A DNA stretch of 63,785 nucleotides, the filler included, from Psammoneis japonica (Eukaryota), in assembly GCA_008632985.1 (NCBI GenBank). It is 4 parts of 4 records of this genome, joined end to end, with 100 filler letters (N's around TTAATTAATTAA, not from the genome) between each part and the next. Parts side by side here need not be neighbours in the genome. Positions count along the whole stretch, not along the records: positions 1 to 19,878 come from QPGO01000457.1; positions 19,979 to 39,451 come from QPGO01000465.1; 2 more parts are not named here. One strand, given 5' to 3'. Both the position numbers and the translations under genes were made by a program. The notes under the pieces are model-generated. The model did not search any database. It worked only from the letters and a program-made list of their open reading frames with translations, and was not told the origin of the DNA. Positions 10,231 to 21,684 of this stretch are shown piece by piece; within the stretch, counting starts at the first letter, position 1, and each line of letters starts with the position of its first letter.

Positions 10231-11350
10231 CCAGCTCATTGGGCACCAATGCATGCCCCCATGACTGCATTGACTGCAAAAAAGACGCAAACTCGTGGTT
10301 CTGGGGGAAAGGGCCATCCCTTGAAGAGATCCTCTTCCAGGCAACCCCCGTCCTCTCCCACTGTTGGTGTTCATGACAGTGGTGGTGTTGTTCATGGTCG
10401 CACTCGCAGTTGCTCTTGTTTTTCTGCTCATTGCTCCTCCCACTCCCGCTCCAGCTCTAAGTCAAGGTCCACATCAAGGTCTCCCTGTTCACATCAATTG
10501 CGGTCATGTTGCTCCCGGTCAATTTCCTTTGTCTCGGTCTTGGTCCCGGTCCAGGTCCAGGGGCAGGTCTCACTCTCCACACTGCCGCTGCTCTCTTTGT
10601 TGGACTGCCAGCAGGTGTCAGTCTGGGTGTGGTCATGTGTCTGTCTCCTCCAGTTGGTCAGCTGCCAGGAGTTGTTCTGGTGGACACTCACACTCCCAAT
10701 GTTGCCGTGTCTCTGTTGGCAGCACCAGGTCCCAGCCAGAGCCCTTGTTTGTGTCCCTGTCTCCTCGTGGACGTCATTGCTCGAGGAATTCCCGCCAACG
10801 CACCAAACACAGAAAGTTTTGCAGCAGGAGTTGCAGGAGTTGCAGTCCTGTTTCTCACCGCACCAGGTGTTCCTTGTCAAGGTCTTGCAGTGTTGACTCC
10901 ACCTGTTCCAATGTCTTGGAAGCTCCTGTTTCCCATTGCACCAGGTCACACAAGTCCCAGTCCACCATGTCTTTGTTCTCAGCTTTGAATTGGATTCTTC
11001 AGACACCTCAGAACCTCCTGTGTCTCACCGCACAAGGTCTTCCCTGGTCCGGTCTCCCAGTCTTGACTCCACCTCTTTGGTCACATCCAAACCTTCTCTT
11101 CAGCTTCAAGTGTCGTCTTCATCATCTGTCGGTGCACTGGCTAAAATGCCCAAGAGGAAAACTTTCACCTGTTCTGTCGAGACTTGCAAGGAGAAAGTTT
11201 TGCTGTCCAAGGCCTTGTTGAGGGAAAAGGCATTTAAGGAGGAGAGCATGTTCAACATTGTTTTATTTTCAAAGAGGTCCACCCTGAGCACTTTGACGTC
11301 AACTTTTCCAAGGACAAGCCAATCGACAACCTTGGCCGGCTGTCTCTGAA

Positions 11351-13010
11351 GTGCCAAGAAAAATGTGTTCTTTGGTGTCATGTCACATTTCAGGCACCAT
11401 TGCAGGTGTCTTTGCCTTGCAGAGCCAACATTCCCCACACCACCAAGACAATGCTGTGAACCTTGCTTTGGAACTTGGATCTGATGACACGTCTGCTGCG
11501 TGGTCATTCTATGACATTGACAGAGACCATTCAAATGACTTCCTTGTGGTTGTCAATTCCTTCTGCCAACAACACCCAACACATCGGATTGACTGGAATC
11601 ATTTGCAAGAACTCATCAAGAAACACCATGCTAAACCAAAGGATGGAGAGTCTCAATGTTTGGAAACAGGGAAGACAGGAACACACCATCAGCCATGCAA
11701 TCACTTTGCAGATTTTGGTTTGTGCACCAACACAAGCACTGCGAGGAAGGGACACGCCAATGGTGTTGCACGGCCATGCAAACGGAAGGGCACAAAGGAA
11801 GCCATGCTGCTTTTTTTGATCATCTCTCAAATCGTGGACACTCTCCAACCCGAGTTCACTTCTAATCCTTGGGTTGATCCAGAACTTCCCAACCATGCAG
11901 AGGATTTTGTTTGCCTTTTGCTGGGTGCAACGCAAGAGATTAAGACCAAAGCCCTGTGCTGCCTCATCAACAGATTTGGTTGCTTCTCTGACTGCCACTC
12001 TGACCACCACAACAGCAACAAGGAACCCATGGCACCCGTGCTGTCAGTCTCCGTGACAACTGATTTGGGAAATGACACAGAAAATGAGAGAAACGCCATT
12101 GCAAGACATTCCAGGTCATTGGTGGATGACACTGCACGGCAGATCAAAATGACTTTGCCATTGACAACACTTGCCATTCAAACATGCCAGGACCTGCTGG
12201 ATCATCTTAAGTGCGTCAATCCCAGTCTTCTTTTTGCCAACTTGGAAAAATTCAAGGGATGCACTGGGATTGATGTGCACCGAGTCGCGCGCAACATGGA
12301 GTTGACAGGCTGTCACCAGGTTTTCCTCCACTTTGTCATTGCGCTCATTGACAAGTGTTCACTTGCACTGCCTCAAATTGTGTCTGTGCAAACATGCTTT
12401 GAGTTGCATCCGCACAAGTCCTGCTTTTTTGGGGCAGCTGCGCAATGGTCATGCTGTCTGTGTCTTGGTTCAAGCCACCCGCCAATGCTTTTGGATTTGG
12501 GCATGCCATGCATGAAGCAATGGTTGACATCAAGAATGGAAACCCAACAGGCATCCCATCATTTGGCCAGGCCGGGGTTGCCCACAAGAGAGGAGTGGAA
12601 TGAACGCAACTGCAAGAAACTTGGTGTGGTGATGGAAGTGTGGAGGGACAACCCAAAGAAGCCACAAAACAAAGACATTGTCAGGGTTTGCAAGAAAATT
12701 CTGAACAAGTTTTCTGCCTTTTTGCTGCAATGTGGTGATTTGTTTTTGAGTCATTCAATGGGCATTCAAGCGGAGGTCAGGATTTTGCCCTCATAAATCA
12801 TTGATTGCTGCCACTGCAAAAAAGACAGTCTTCCTAACCGCGCCATGTTTGAGCAGCACCAACTCGGGCCACCCAGCGATGCAGAAATGTTTCGTTTGGC
12901 ACAAACGCTCAAGGAAGTGTTTTCTGCACAGTTCAACAATGGCCCATCTGCCACCAACACACACTTCACTCATTGGATTTGTTGAGAACCCACTTTGCAA
13001 GTTGTTTTGA
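11351..13010 (+). pseudogene. Degenerate transposon-associated ORF of unknown function; possible divergent 2OG-Fe(II)/TET-JBP-like domain plus helical domain
   Basis: 481-aa ORF (one Tyr only) continuing past a stop/frameshift to 13010. HSDHHN at 11996, RNAIARHSR at 12089, ENPLCK near 12985. The function is inference only. Confidence 0.4.
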
Positions 13011-14097
13011 ATGTGGTTTGGCAGAAGGAAAGGGTCCCATTATGATGTTTGCTTTGCTGGCATGACCCTGTTTCCATTTCGGGAAAAGGCCACCTTTGTG
13101 CATCATTTTGACGGATCTCCTGTTACAAAACCACCTTCTGGGCAGCTTGATTGCATCTTTTCATTTCAAGAAAAAGGCGCTGTCTATGAAACAAATTGTC
13201 AAAAGAGCCAAAGGAACTGGCGCCTTGTTTTGGAACAAGCACCACGGTCCTGTTGTCATCCCTTTCCCATTTCATTGCACAGAGGTTCTTTCAGATGCAC
13301 CTGCTTGTCTCCCAGAGACTTTGAAGTGACACAATCCTCAAGATGAATCAATTTTGATTCACATGGACACAGACGCCAAGGTTGAACTGCAGTGTGTAAA
13401 AAAGCAATGCATGGATGCCCTCAGGGATGCAACCAGACCTCGTTGCTTGAGGATGCGCAAGTAAAAATCTTATCTCATCCCATTGCACCAACAGTTTGTG
13501 CACTTCCACAATGCACTGCAACCCAGCTCTCACAATTCTGTGGCAGCTGCCCACCAAGAAACCCTGCGTGTGTTTCTACGTGCGCTCTTGCACTGATGCC
13601 ACCCTTCTCAGATGGCATTTTGCTGGGTCTCCCATGACCATGCTGGTCCTTTCCATCAATGATGTGCCTTTGTTTCAGCATGTTGAGCAATGTTGCCAAG
13701 TGGAAAACGATTGGTGTTGACTCCTTGTGGGTCATGTGCACATTGACTCTTTTTGTCATTTTCTGCAGATCCAAGAAATTTTCTAAATGGACCTCAGTGC
13801 AAATTCTGCGCACTTCAGCAAACCCCAATGATGAATGTTTGTCAGGTCTCCAAGCTTCTCACACCCACACCCTTCCATTTCCAATGACTCTCTTTGTTCC
13901 CATTGGCCAATCAAGTCCTTTGCTGCTTGTGGTGAAAGTGCTGCTTCTGTTGTGATCCTGACGAGTGTGAGTGTGAGCCTCCCTTTGGCAACAAGTGACT
14001 GCCATCCATTTGCTGCGCGCATCGGCATTTCTGCACAAGACCCAGTGTGGTTTCCACATGTGAAAAATGTCTTTCCTGATGACCGAGAATCATCAAG

Positions 14098-14331
14098 CAC
14101 TCCCATTTCTTGTCTCCCAGTCTTGGACAAACCCTCCCTCACTCACTGGCAAACCAAGCTCTCTGTTGCATGCAGCGATCTTTCTGTTGTTGAGCAACTG
14201 CCATCCATCAGCTGTGCATGTTGTTGAACAATCAAGTGCTCCTGTTTCTCATCTCCCAGTCCTGGACAAACTTTCCTTCACTTGCTGGCAAATCAAGCTC
14301 TCTGTTGCATGCAGCGATCTTTCCATTGTTT
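14098..14331. repeat. Tandem duplication of ~95 bp, period ~140 bp
   Basis: tctcccagtcytggacaaac...caagctctctgttgcatgcagcgatctttc occurs twice; differences are mainly CA vs TG. Confidence 0.85.
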
Positions 14332-14524
14332 CATTTCTTTGAGGTTTGAATGAGGTTTCCCACTTGATGAGCAACAGCCAGTGGTTTGGCTCTCTTCCTT
14401 TGACTTCCTTTGTGGCTCTCATGCAAATTTTTCCCAAATGCAACTGTCCTCTGTGGTGGTGGTGCAACCAACGTGTGTGTCACCAGCAGTGCCACAGCAA
14501 ACTCCAAGTGTTGTTGTGCTCTCC

Positions 14525-14692
14525 TCACCAGCTGTTTCTGTCGAGCATCTCCTCAGGGAGATGCCGACTCAGGCTGGTTGCATGTGCTTCTGCTGCATCT
14601 CCGAGCAGGGTGCACTGGAAGTGTGGGTTGACCGGCACCGGTGTTGCTGGGCAAAGGTGCAACAGCACTTAAAATTGGGTTTGGGTTTTTTT
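14525..14692 (+). mobile_element. Severely 5'-truncated copy of the LINE 3' end
   Basis: gcagggtgcactggaagtgtgggttgaccggcaccggtgttgct...aaaattgggtttggg-T7 matches 31475-31563; 5' limit approximate. Confidence 0.85.
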
Positions 14693-14762
14693 GCAACCCA
14701 GCTCTCACAGGGTTGCCACAACCTGAGAAAAGTCCCTCAAGATTGCTCAAGGTGTGTGCTGT

Positions 14763-14856
14763 CACACATCACATTGCATGACATGACATGGCATCACATC
14801 ACATTGCATGACATGACATGATGCATCACACGACATTGCATCATGTGACATGATGC
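14763..14856. repeat. 5-bp-period microsatellite (acatg/acatc/acatt)
   Basis: Direct reading; compatible with converted (ATATA/ATATT)n. Confidence 0.8.
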
Positions 14857-14884
14857 CTGTTTCTCTCTTGTCCTGGTTTTGGGC

Positions 14885-17800
14885 TTTTGTCCACTCACAA
14901 AATCCGGAACAAGAACAAGCAGAAACACATCCGGCCCTGCCGCTCTTGCGACAGCCACACCGTCTTGTGCATGCCCCATTTTTACAACTGCATCTCTGTC
15001 TGCCATGATTGGTTGTGTTGCCAGTCATTTGCATGTGATGTTGAACAGGAACAAGCTTTGTAATTCTTGATGGTTCAAACGTGTTGTCAAGAATCCCCTG
15101 TCAACACTCAAGCGGCCTTTGATTCAGGGCTGTGTTTCTGCTGCGCACAGCAAATGAGTTGGCTGGTGTCCACTTGACTGACTTCTCCATGCCTTGAGCT
15201 ATGATCCTGTGCTCTGCAACAACTTGCACTGAAAACGAAGGGTGCTTCCTGCATTTAAATGCCATGCCAAGCAAACTGAGTGGATTTGCATGTGATCTCT
15301 CTCCGATGTCCATTCTAACTGATGCAAGGTTGCCGACCTTTGCTTGCACACTCCCCCATTGCACATCTTGCACATTTTCCGTCCTTGTTGCTCCTGCAAC
15401 GCCTTCCTTTTCTTTTCCATCACCTGGCATTGTTGTTGATGCTGCAAATGGACAGATTCTGCCAAGGAAATGGAACGGGCAGATGAATTGCCAAATGGAG
15501 ATTCAGCCAAACCATCGTCAGCATCGGCCAGTGATGCAGCACCACATGCCAAACCAAGCCCCCCTCTGTCATTGTCTGGACCAACAGCCAACTGTGAAAA
15601 TGATGCCTCCTCTGTGTCTTTTTCTTTGCTTGTCTCATGAAGATGAGCTGCGGGTGACTCATGAATTGTGGCCAATGGTGGTTGAGCCAAGGCTGTCTTG
15701 TCGATTCCTGGCAATGATGTTTGAGCTGCAGCTGTGTGTTCTTCTTCTTGTTCCACACCACGTGCGGCCGCAGCTGGACTGGGGTCATCCTCCTCCTCCT
15801 GGTTGTCCTCTTCCAATGAGGAGGACGAGGAGGACAATGACTTGAGGAGTTGCCGCAAGCCTTCTTTGCTCATCCTGCTTCTGCAGATCAAAGCAGTCAG
15901 TTCCCTGTCCATGTTCTCCAAGGATGAAAAGGAGCCAGACCATTCCTGCTGACACATGGTCCAACTCCTGCGCACTGAGGTGGAAAGCATGCCTCCATCA
16001 CCAAAAATGTGTGGCAGCACATCCTCCCGGCACATTGGACATGTGCTCCCCATCTTGCTGGTTTTGTGCCAGTTAAGAAGACAATGCAGATGAATGACAT
16101 GTTGGCAATCCAGAAGATTTTGTTCCATGGGGAATGTGTCACCGCAGCAAACACAACACAAGGCGTCTGTTGCATTTGCCTCCTTTTTGCTTTTTATCAT
16201 CATCCGCATGTGCCACTGTTTGTGGCTGATCAGACAAAGAAGGGGACATTTCGTCCTCATCAGAGCCATCCAACATTAAAGTGAACACATCTTCACAAGT
16301 TTTCATGGTCAAAACATCAGCTGAGGCATGTTTTGTTGTCAACAACTGGCATTTGCAAACAAAAACACCATGGATTTGTGTGCAGGCAAATCTGACAGGT
16401 TGAAAGGATCGATCGCAGCCCAAATGTGTCCAGCCGCAATCGGCCCACATTGGTGTCCATCCGATTGTTCCACTGAACTCTCCCCTGGCATCATCACCCA
16501 TCCTTTGTGGTGATGTTGCTTCCTCCAATCCGTGCTGTTCAGTGTCTTGCACAACACAATTTTGAGACAACCACGACTTTCCAGTGGAACCAATCCACAC
16601 CTGCACAACACGTTTGTAGCGTGAGACATCCAAGTGCTTGGATTGCAGTTCAGTCCTTTGCACACCATCACAAGTTCATTTCAGACGTCAAAGAAAAGGG
16701 TGGCAAAATGATGACCAGCGTGAGCCACCGCAATCAAGGTGTCAACGCCGGGATCAAGAGCAATCAACTGATCTCGTCTGTGACCTTGTTGGGACAGTTG
16801 CAACGAATGACCCTCATGTTGGAGGGATGTCATGAGCCAACAAAACGGCAAAGCTGGAAATGAAGTTGTGCTCCCACCAACAATTTGTGTTGACATTGAG
16901 ATGGCAATGATCGTTGTCAAACGCACTGACAATTGCATTTCCCTTGGGACAGCAACTGCAGTGCAAGGTGGGACACAGACACCAAACCATCTGTTTGTCC
17001 AGCAGCTCATGTTGTTGAACCAAAACGGCCTGAGACAAAGCCTCCGAAAGTGTCATCTGATGCAGGCATTGTTCAAGCTTCATGTCCTTGATGGCCATGA
17101 ACTTCCTTTGCTTGCGTTTGGCTTGGTTCAACACCTGCAGACAGTGAGGCTGTTCAATTTTCTTTCTGCCTGCACCAACTGGAATGGTGATGCATCTGCA
17201 GCAGTCTTGGTGAGCAAACCCAAATCTGCTGCCGACCTTTGTGGGTCTTCCTCCTCCAACATGGACAAGAAATGCTGTCCAGGAACAGATTTGCTGGGGT
17301 CAGCCGATGGTTTTGATTTGTCCTCACAAGGGTTTGGAAGTGCCGCTGGCTTCTTGTCATCATCAAAGTGATGGGGAACATTTCCTGCTGTCCATTCTCC
17401 ACCAACAGACATTGGAACAGCCGCTGGCTTCCTGTCATCCTCAAGGGGTTGCAAAACATGATTCCATTCTTCCCCATCAGACACTGGAAGAGCTGCAGGC
17501 TCCTTGTCTTCCTCAAAGGGTTGCAAAAGAGCCAACGGCTTCATTTTGTCATCAACTTTGTCGAGGAGTTGGCCTGACAATCCCGGCAATTTGTCAGGAG
17601 GGGTGGCTGGTTTGGGACAACAAGCATCTCATGCGCCAATTTGGTTGGGGGACAATGCATCGTCAGCATTGGCATCTGGTCCGCACTCTTGCATCATGGT
17701 CATTTTTTCTTTGCACTGTTCACCAAGTGCATTGACCATGTCTTTGACTGTGCTGCACTTGGACGTCACCTTGTTGGTGGCCGTGATCATGGGTTCCATG

Positions 17801-18461
17801 TGCTCCATTCCAAACACCAGCAAATGGGGTGATTGCTCATTGCGGCCCTGTGCTTTTTGTCATGTTTGTGGCAGCCATTGCATTGGGATGACATGTCACC
17901 CAACTGGCAGTGGGGTCGCCGTCATCATGCCTCTCCTTGACAAGAGCGGCAATTGACTCTTTCAAGGAACCATTTGTCCTTTCCACAGAACCTTGATCCT
18001 GTGGAGTTCTTGCACGACCGTGGACAGTTTGGATGGAAGGTTGAGTTTCCTTGAGTTTGTCAATGACTTCCTTGCCATGAACTTCTCCGCCATGATCAGA
18101 TTGGACACATGAGTGGAGGACCAAACACACCGAAATGACAATGAAGCAAGGTGGCCATGTGCTTGGACTCTTTGCTTGGCGTGGGATGCGTCCATGACAA
18201 CCTGGTAAAATGATCCTTCACAACAAGGAGCCACTTGAGCACAATCCCAAAAACATTGGTTTGGGGATCCTCCGTGCAGTTGACGTAATCTGCTTGCACC
18301 CTGTCACAAAAATGACGGGGCACTGTTGGACGAACAGCACCTTTGTGCTTTGGAACATGTGGCTGCTTCAAAGAACATTGCAGGCAAGTGTCAATGAAAG
18401 CCTTCACAATGCTTTGGGCAACTTAAAGTGCTTGTCCTTTGCAACGCATGAGTGGATGCCA
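14885..18461 (-). mobile_element. Ginger/KRBA2-like DDE integrase-type DNA transposon gene, degenerate, with Ulp1-like protease, RING finger and C-terminal Cys cluster; 5' part lost in gap
   Basis: CxxC..DRVQAD..KDHFTR..QSDHGGE..HGRARTPQDQGSVERTNG (17850-18410); HWKVVVV..D..QSDGHQCGP (16440-16590); C3HC4/RING-H2-like pattern (16020-16165); CSCKNGACTRRCGCRKSG..C..C.C...C (14895-14995). Confidence 0.8.
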
Positions 18462-19878
18462 NNNNNNNNNNNNNNNNNNNNNNNNNNNNNNNNNNNNNNN
18501 NNNNNNNNNNNNNNNNNNNNNNNNNNNNNNNNNNNNNNNNNNNNNNNNNNNNNNNNNNNNNNNNNNNNNNNNNNNNNNNNNNNNNNNNNNNNNNNNNNNN
18601 NNNNNNNNNNNNNNNNNNNNNNNNNNNNNNNNNNNNNNNNNNNNNNNNNNNNNNNNNNNNNNNNNNNNNNNNNNNNNNNNNNNNNNNNNNNNNNNNNNNN
18701 NNNNNNNNNNNNNNNNNNNNNNNNNNNNNNNNNNNNNNNNNNNNNNNNNNNNNNNNNNNNNNNNNNNNNNNNNNNNNNNNNNNNNNNNNNNNNNNNNNNN
18801 NNNNNNNNNNNNNNNNNNNNNNNNNNNNNNNNNNNNNNNNNNNNNNNNNNNNNNNNNNNNNNNNNNNNNNNNNNNNNNNNNNNNNNNNNNNNNNNNNNNN
18901 NNNNNNNNNNNNNNNNNNNNNNNNNNNNNNNNNNNNNNNNNNNNNNNNNNNNNNNNNNNNNNNNNNNNNNNNNNNNNNNNNNNNNNNNNNNNNNNNNNNN
19001 NNNNNNNNNNNNNNNNNNNNNNNNNNNNNNNNNNNNNNNNNNNNNNNNNNNNNNNNNNNNNNNNNNNNNNNNNNNNNNNNNNNNNNNNNNNNNNNNCCCT
19101 GCAGAGAATTGCAATTCTCCCCCCCGTCTTTGACAATGGATGCAAACTTTTTTCCTTGGACTTCAGATGAATGCAATGAGGACAATGATTGCAAAATGCG
19201 TGAACTGTGTTTGCAGCCATGTTGCCGCAATCGTCGGACAAACGGCCGAATGTTGCTTTGACGGAACAGCAACGGCCTTCTGTCTCGTGAGCTTGCAGTG
19301 CAATGTCAAAGCACATGAGTTCATGAATGACAAGTTTGTCCTTGCGGAGGTTGGGCCTTTTGTCTTCAGCGACACATCAACCCTTGCGGACGAAATGTTT
19401 CTTTGACATCTGGCTCCATTCAGGGTGCTTGCGTCTCCATTGCTTGACGTCTTGGGTGTGGTTCGGGTGAGCTTCCCCCCCCCACTTTCGTGACAGAATG
19501 CATCGTGTTCGAACAATGCACGATGTGTTGAGCAGACGATGCATCGCTCACATGTTTTCCAAACAGTGTGTGTGGGCTGCATCACTCGGGAGAGCAAGCG
19601 CGGCATTTTCGAAAATGAAAGGCAAGCATTTTGAAAATGAGTGGGGGGGACTCTCAAGAATGGGCGTTTCCGAAAATCCACGAGTGCAAGTCACGTGCAT
19701 TTTTAAGAATCGAATTTTGACAAGATTTTCCTGGAATCGAATTTCAAGGGTGGGAAATCCCTTGTTTTCGGGGGAATTTTGGAAATTTCGTTTGGAAAAA
19801 CGGTGAAATGAAAACAGCATTTTTGTGAATGCATGTTGATTTGTGGAAAAATGCTCCAAACGCTTGAGCGCGAATTCT

Positions 19879-19978
19879 NNNNNNNNNNNNNNNNNNNNNN
19901 NNNNNNNNNNNNNNNNNNNNNNTTAATTAATTAANNNNNNNNNNNNNNNNNNNNNNNNNNNNNNNNNNNNNNNNNNNN
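19879..19978. other. Artificial contig spacer (44 N + TTAATTAATTAA + 44 N)
   Basis: Identical construct at 39452-39551 and 58733-58832. Confidence 0.97.
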
Positions 19979-20274
19979 TGTTTTCCTTGAAAATGGCATG
20001 TTTGTTTTCTTGAAACAACGCGTTTGTTTCTTGAAACAACATGTTTGTTTTCCTTGAAAAGACATGTTTGTTTTCCTTGAAACCACATGTTTGTTTTCCT
20101 TAAAGACACGTTTGTTTTCTTGAAACGACATGTTTGTTTCTTTGAAACGAATGTTTGTTTTCCTTGAAAGACATGTTTGTTTTCCTTGAAAAGACATGTT
20201 TGTTTTCATTGAAACGACATGTTTGTTTTCCTTGAAACGACATGTTTGTTTTAATTGAAAAGACATGTGCAGCA

Positions 20275-20712
20275 TGCATGCAGACAAAAGGTTATTTTGT
20301 CACGCCCTTTGTGACATTTAAAGGCTGCAACACGTTGCCATGATGCACTGGCTCTCATTGGCAGCTGTGTGTTGCACTCCTCCCCATGTGTCACGCGTCC
20401 ATGCGGCTCTTTGCTGATGTGCACTGACACTGCACGGTTTTGGCGGAACAGTGTGGGTGCGTGCGAAGGAACACACAGAACTGCACAGAGTTTTGCGCGC
20501 TCGACAGTGATCAACGTTGCTGCAGACAACTCCCACTCGGGTTTCGAACCCCTGGCCTCCTGCCCAGTGGTTGCGATGCACCACTCCGCTGTGAATTCAC
20601 AGTGCAGTGTGCATGCAGACAAAAGGTCATTTTGTCACGCCCTTTGTGACATTCAAAGGCTGCAACACGTCGCCGTGATGCATCAACTCTTGTTGGCAGC
20701 TGTGTGTTGCAC
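20275..20712. repeat. Insert bounded by ~105-bp direct repeats (20275-20377 / 20610-20712)
   Basis: gcatgcagacaaaaggtYattttgtcacgccctttgtgacatt...gcagctgtgtgttgcac occurs twice. Confidence 0.88.
20528..20597 (-). other. Degenerate tRNA-like / SINE-head sequence
   Basis: A-box-like CAGCGGAGTGG and B-box GGTTCGAAACCC at tRNA-like spacing; weak acceptor-stem pairing; no credible anticodon arm. Confidence 0.45.
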
Positions 20713-21684
20713 ATGTTTGATTTCCTTGAAACGACATGTTTGTTTTCCTTGAAAAGACACACTTGTTTTCCTTGAAACAACATGTTTGTTTTCTCTGAAA
20801 TGGCATGTTTGTTTTCCTTGAAACGACATGTTTGTTTTCCTTGAAACCACATGTTTGTTTTCCTTGAAATGACACGTTTGTTTTCCTTGAAACGACATGT
20901 TTGTTTTCTTTGAAACGAAATGTTTGTTTTCCTTGAAACGAAATGTTTGTTTTCCTTGAAAAGACATGTTTGTTTTCTTTGAAACCACATGTTTGTTTTC
21001 CTTGAAACGACATGTTTGTTTTCCTTGAAAAGACATGTTTGATTTCCTTGAAACGACATGTTTGTTTTCCTTGAAACGACATGTTTGTTTTCCTTGAAAA
21101 GACACATTTGTTTTCCTTGAAACAACATGTTTGTTTTCCTTGAAACAACATGTTTGTTTTCCTTGAAAACACACATTTGTTTTCCTTGAAACAACATGTT
21201 TGTTTTCCCTGAAATGGCATGTTTGTTTTCCTTGAAACGACATGTTTGTTTTCAAGAAACGACGTGTTTGTTTTCCTTGAAACGACATGTTTGTTTTCCT
21301 TGAAAAGACATGTTTGTTTTCCTTGAAACCACATGTTTGTTTTCCTCGAAACCACATGTTTGTTTTCCTTAAAATGACACGTTTGTTTTCATTGAAACGA
21401 CATGTTTGTTTTCATTAAAAAGACATGTTTGTTTTCTTTGAAACGACATGTTTGTTTTCCTTGAAACGACATGTTTGTTTTCCTTGAAGAGACATGTTTG
21501 TTTTCTTTGAAATGACATGTTTGTTTTCCTTGAAACGACATGTTTGTTTTCTTTGAAAAGACACATTTGTTTTCCTTGAAACAACATGTTTGTTTTCCTT
21601 GAAACCACGTGTTTGCTTTCCCAGAAATGACACGTTTGTTTTCCTCAATGCGACATGTTTGTTTTCCTTAAAAAGACATGCCGT

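Larger units (their letters stand above)
19979..21680 (-). repeat. 23-bp satellite array (reverse orientation), interrupted at 20270-20712
   Basis: Unit TTTCAAGGAAAACAAACATGTCK read on the minus strand; translations repeat every 23 aa (3 units). Confidence 0.97.

Noticed and set aside
18210..19316. ORFs spanning N-runs (also 37469-38936 and 56306-57930)
   Set aside because: Artefacts of translating gaps
8622..19711. gattcttaaaaat / atttttaagaatc as TIRs of one 11-kb element
   Set aside because: Only a 13-bp AT-rich match, no TSD, and a gap in between
19923..19934. TTAATTAATTAA palindrome (also at 39496 and 58777)
   Set aside because: Centred in exactly 44+44 Ns each time: an assembly linker with stops in all frames. 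Adjacency across it is not guaranteed.
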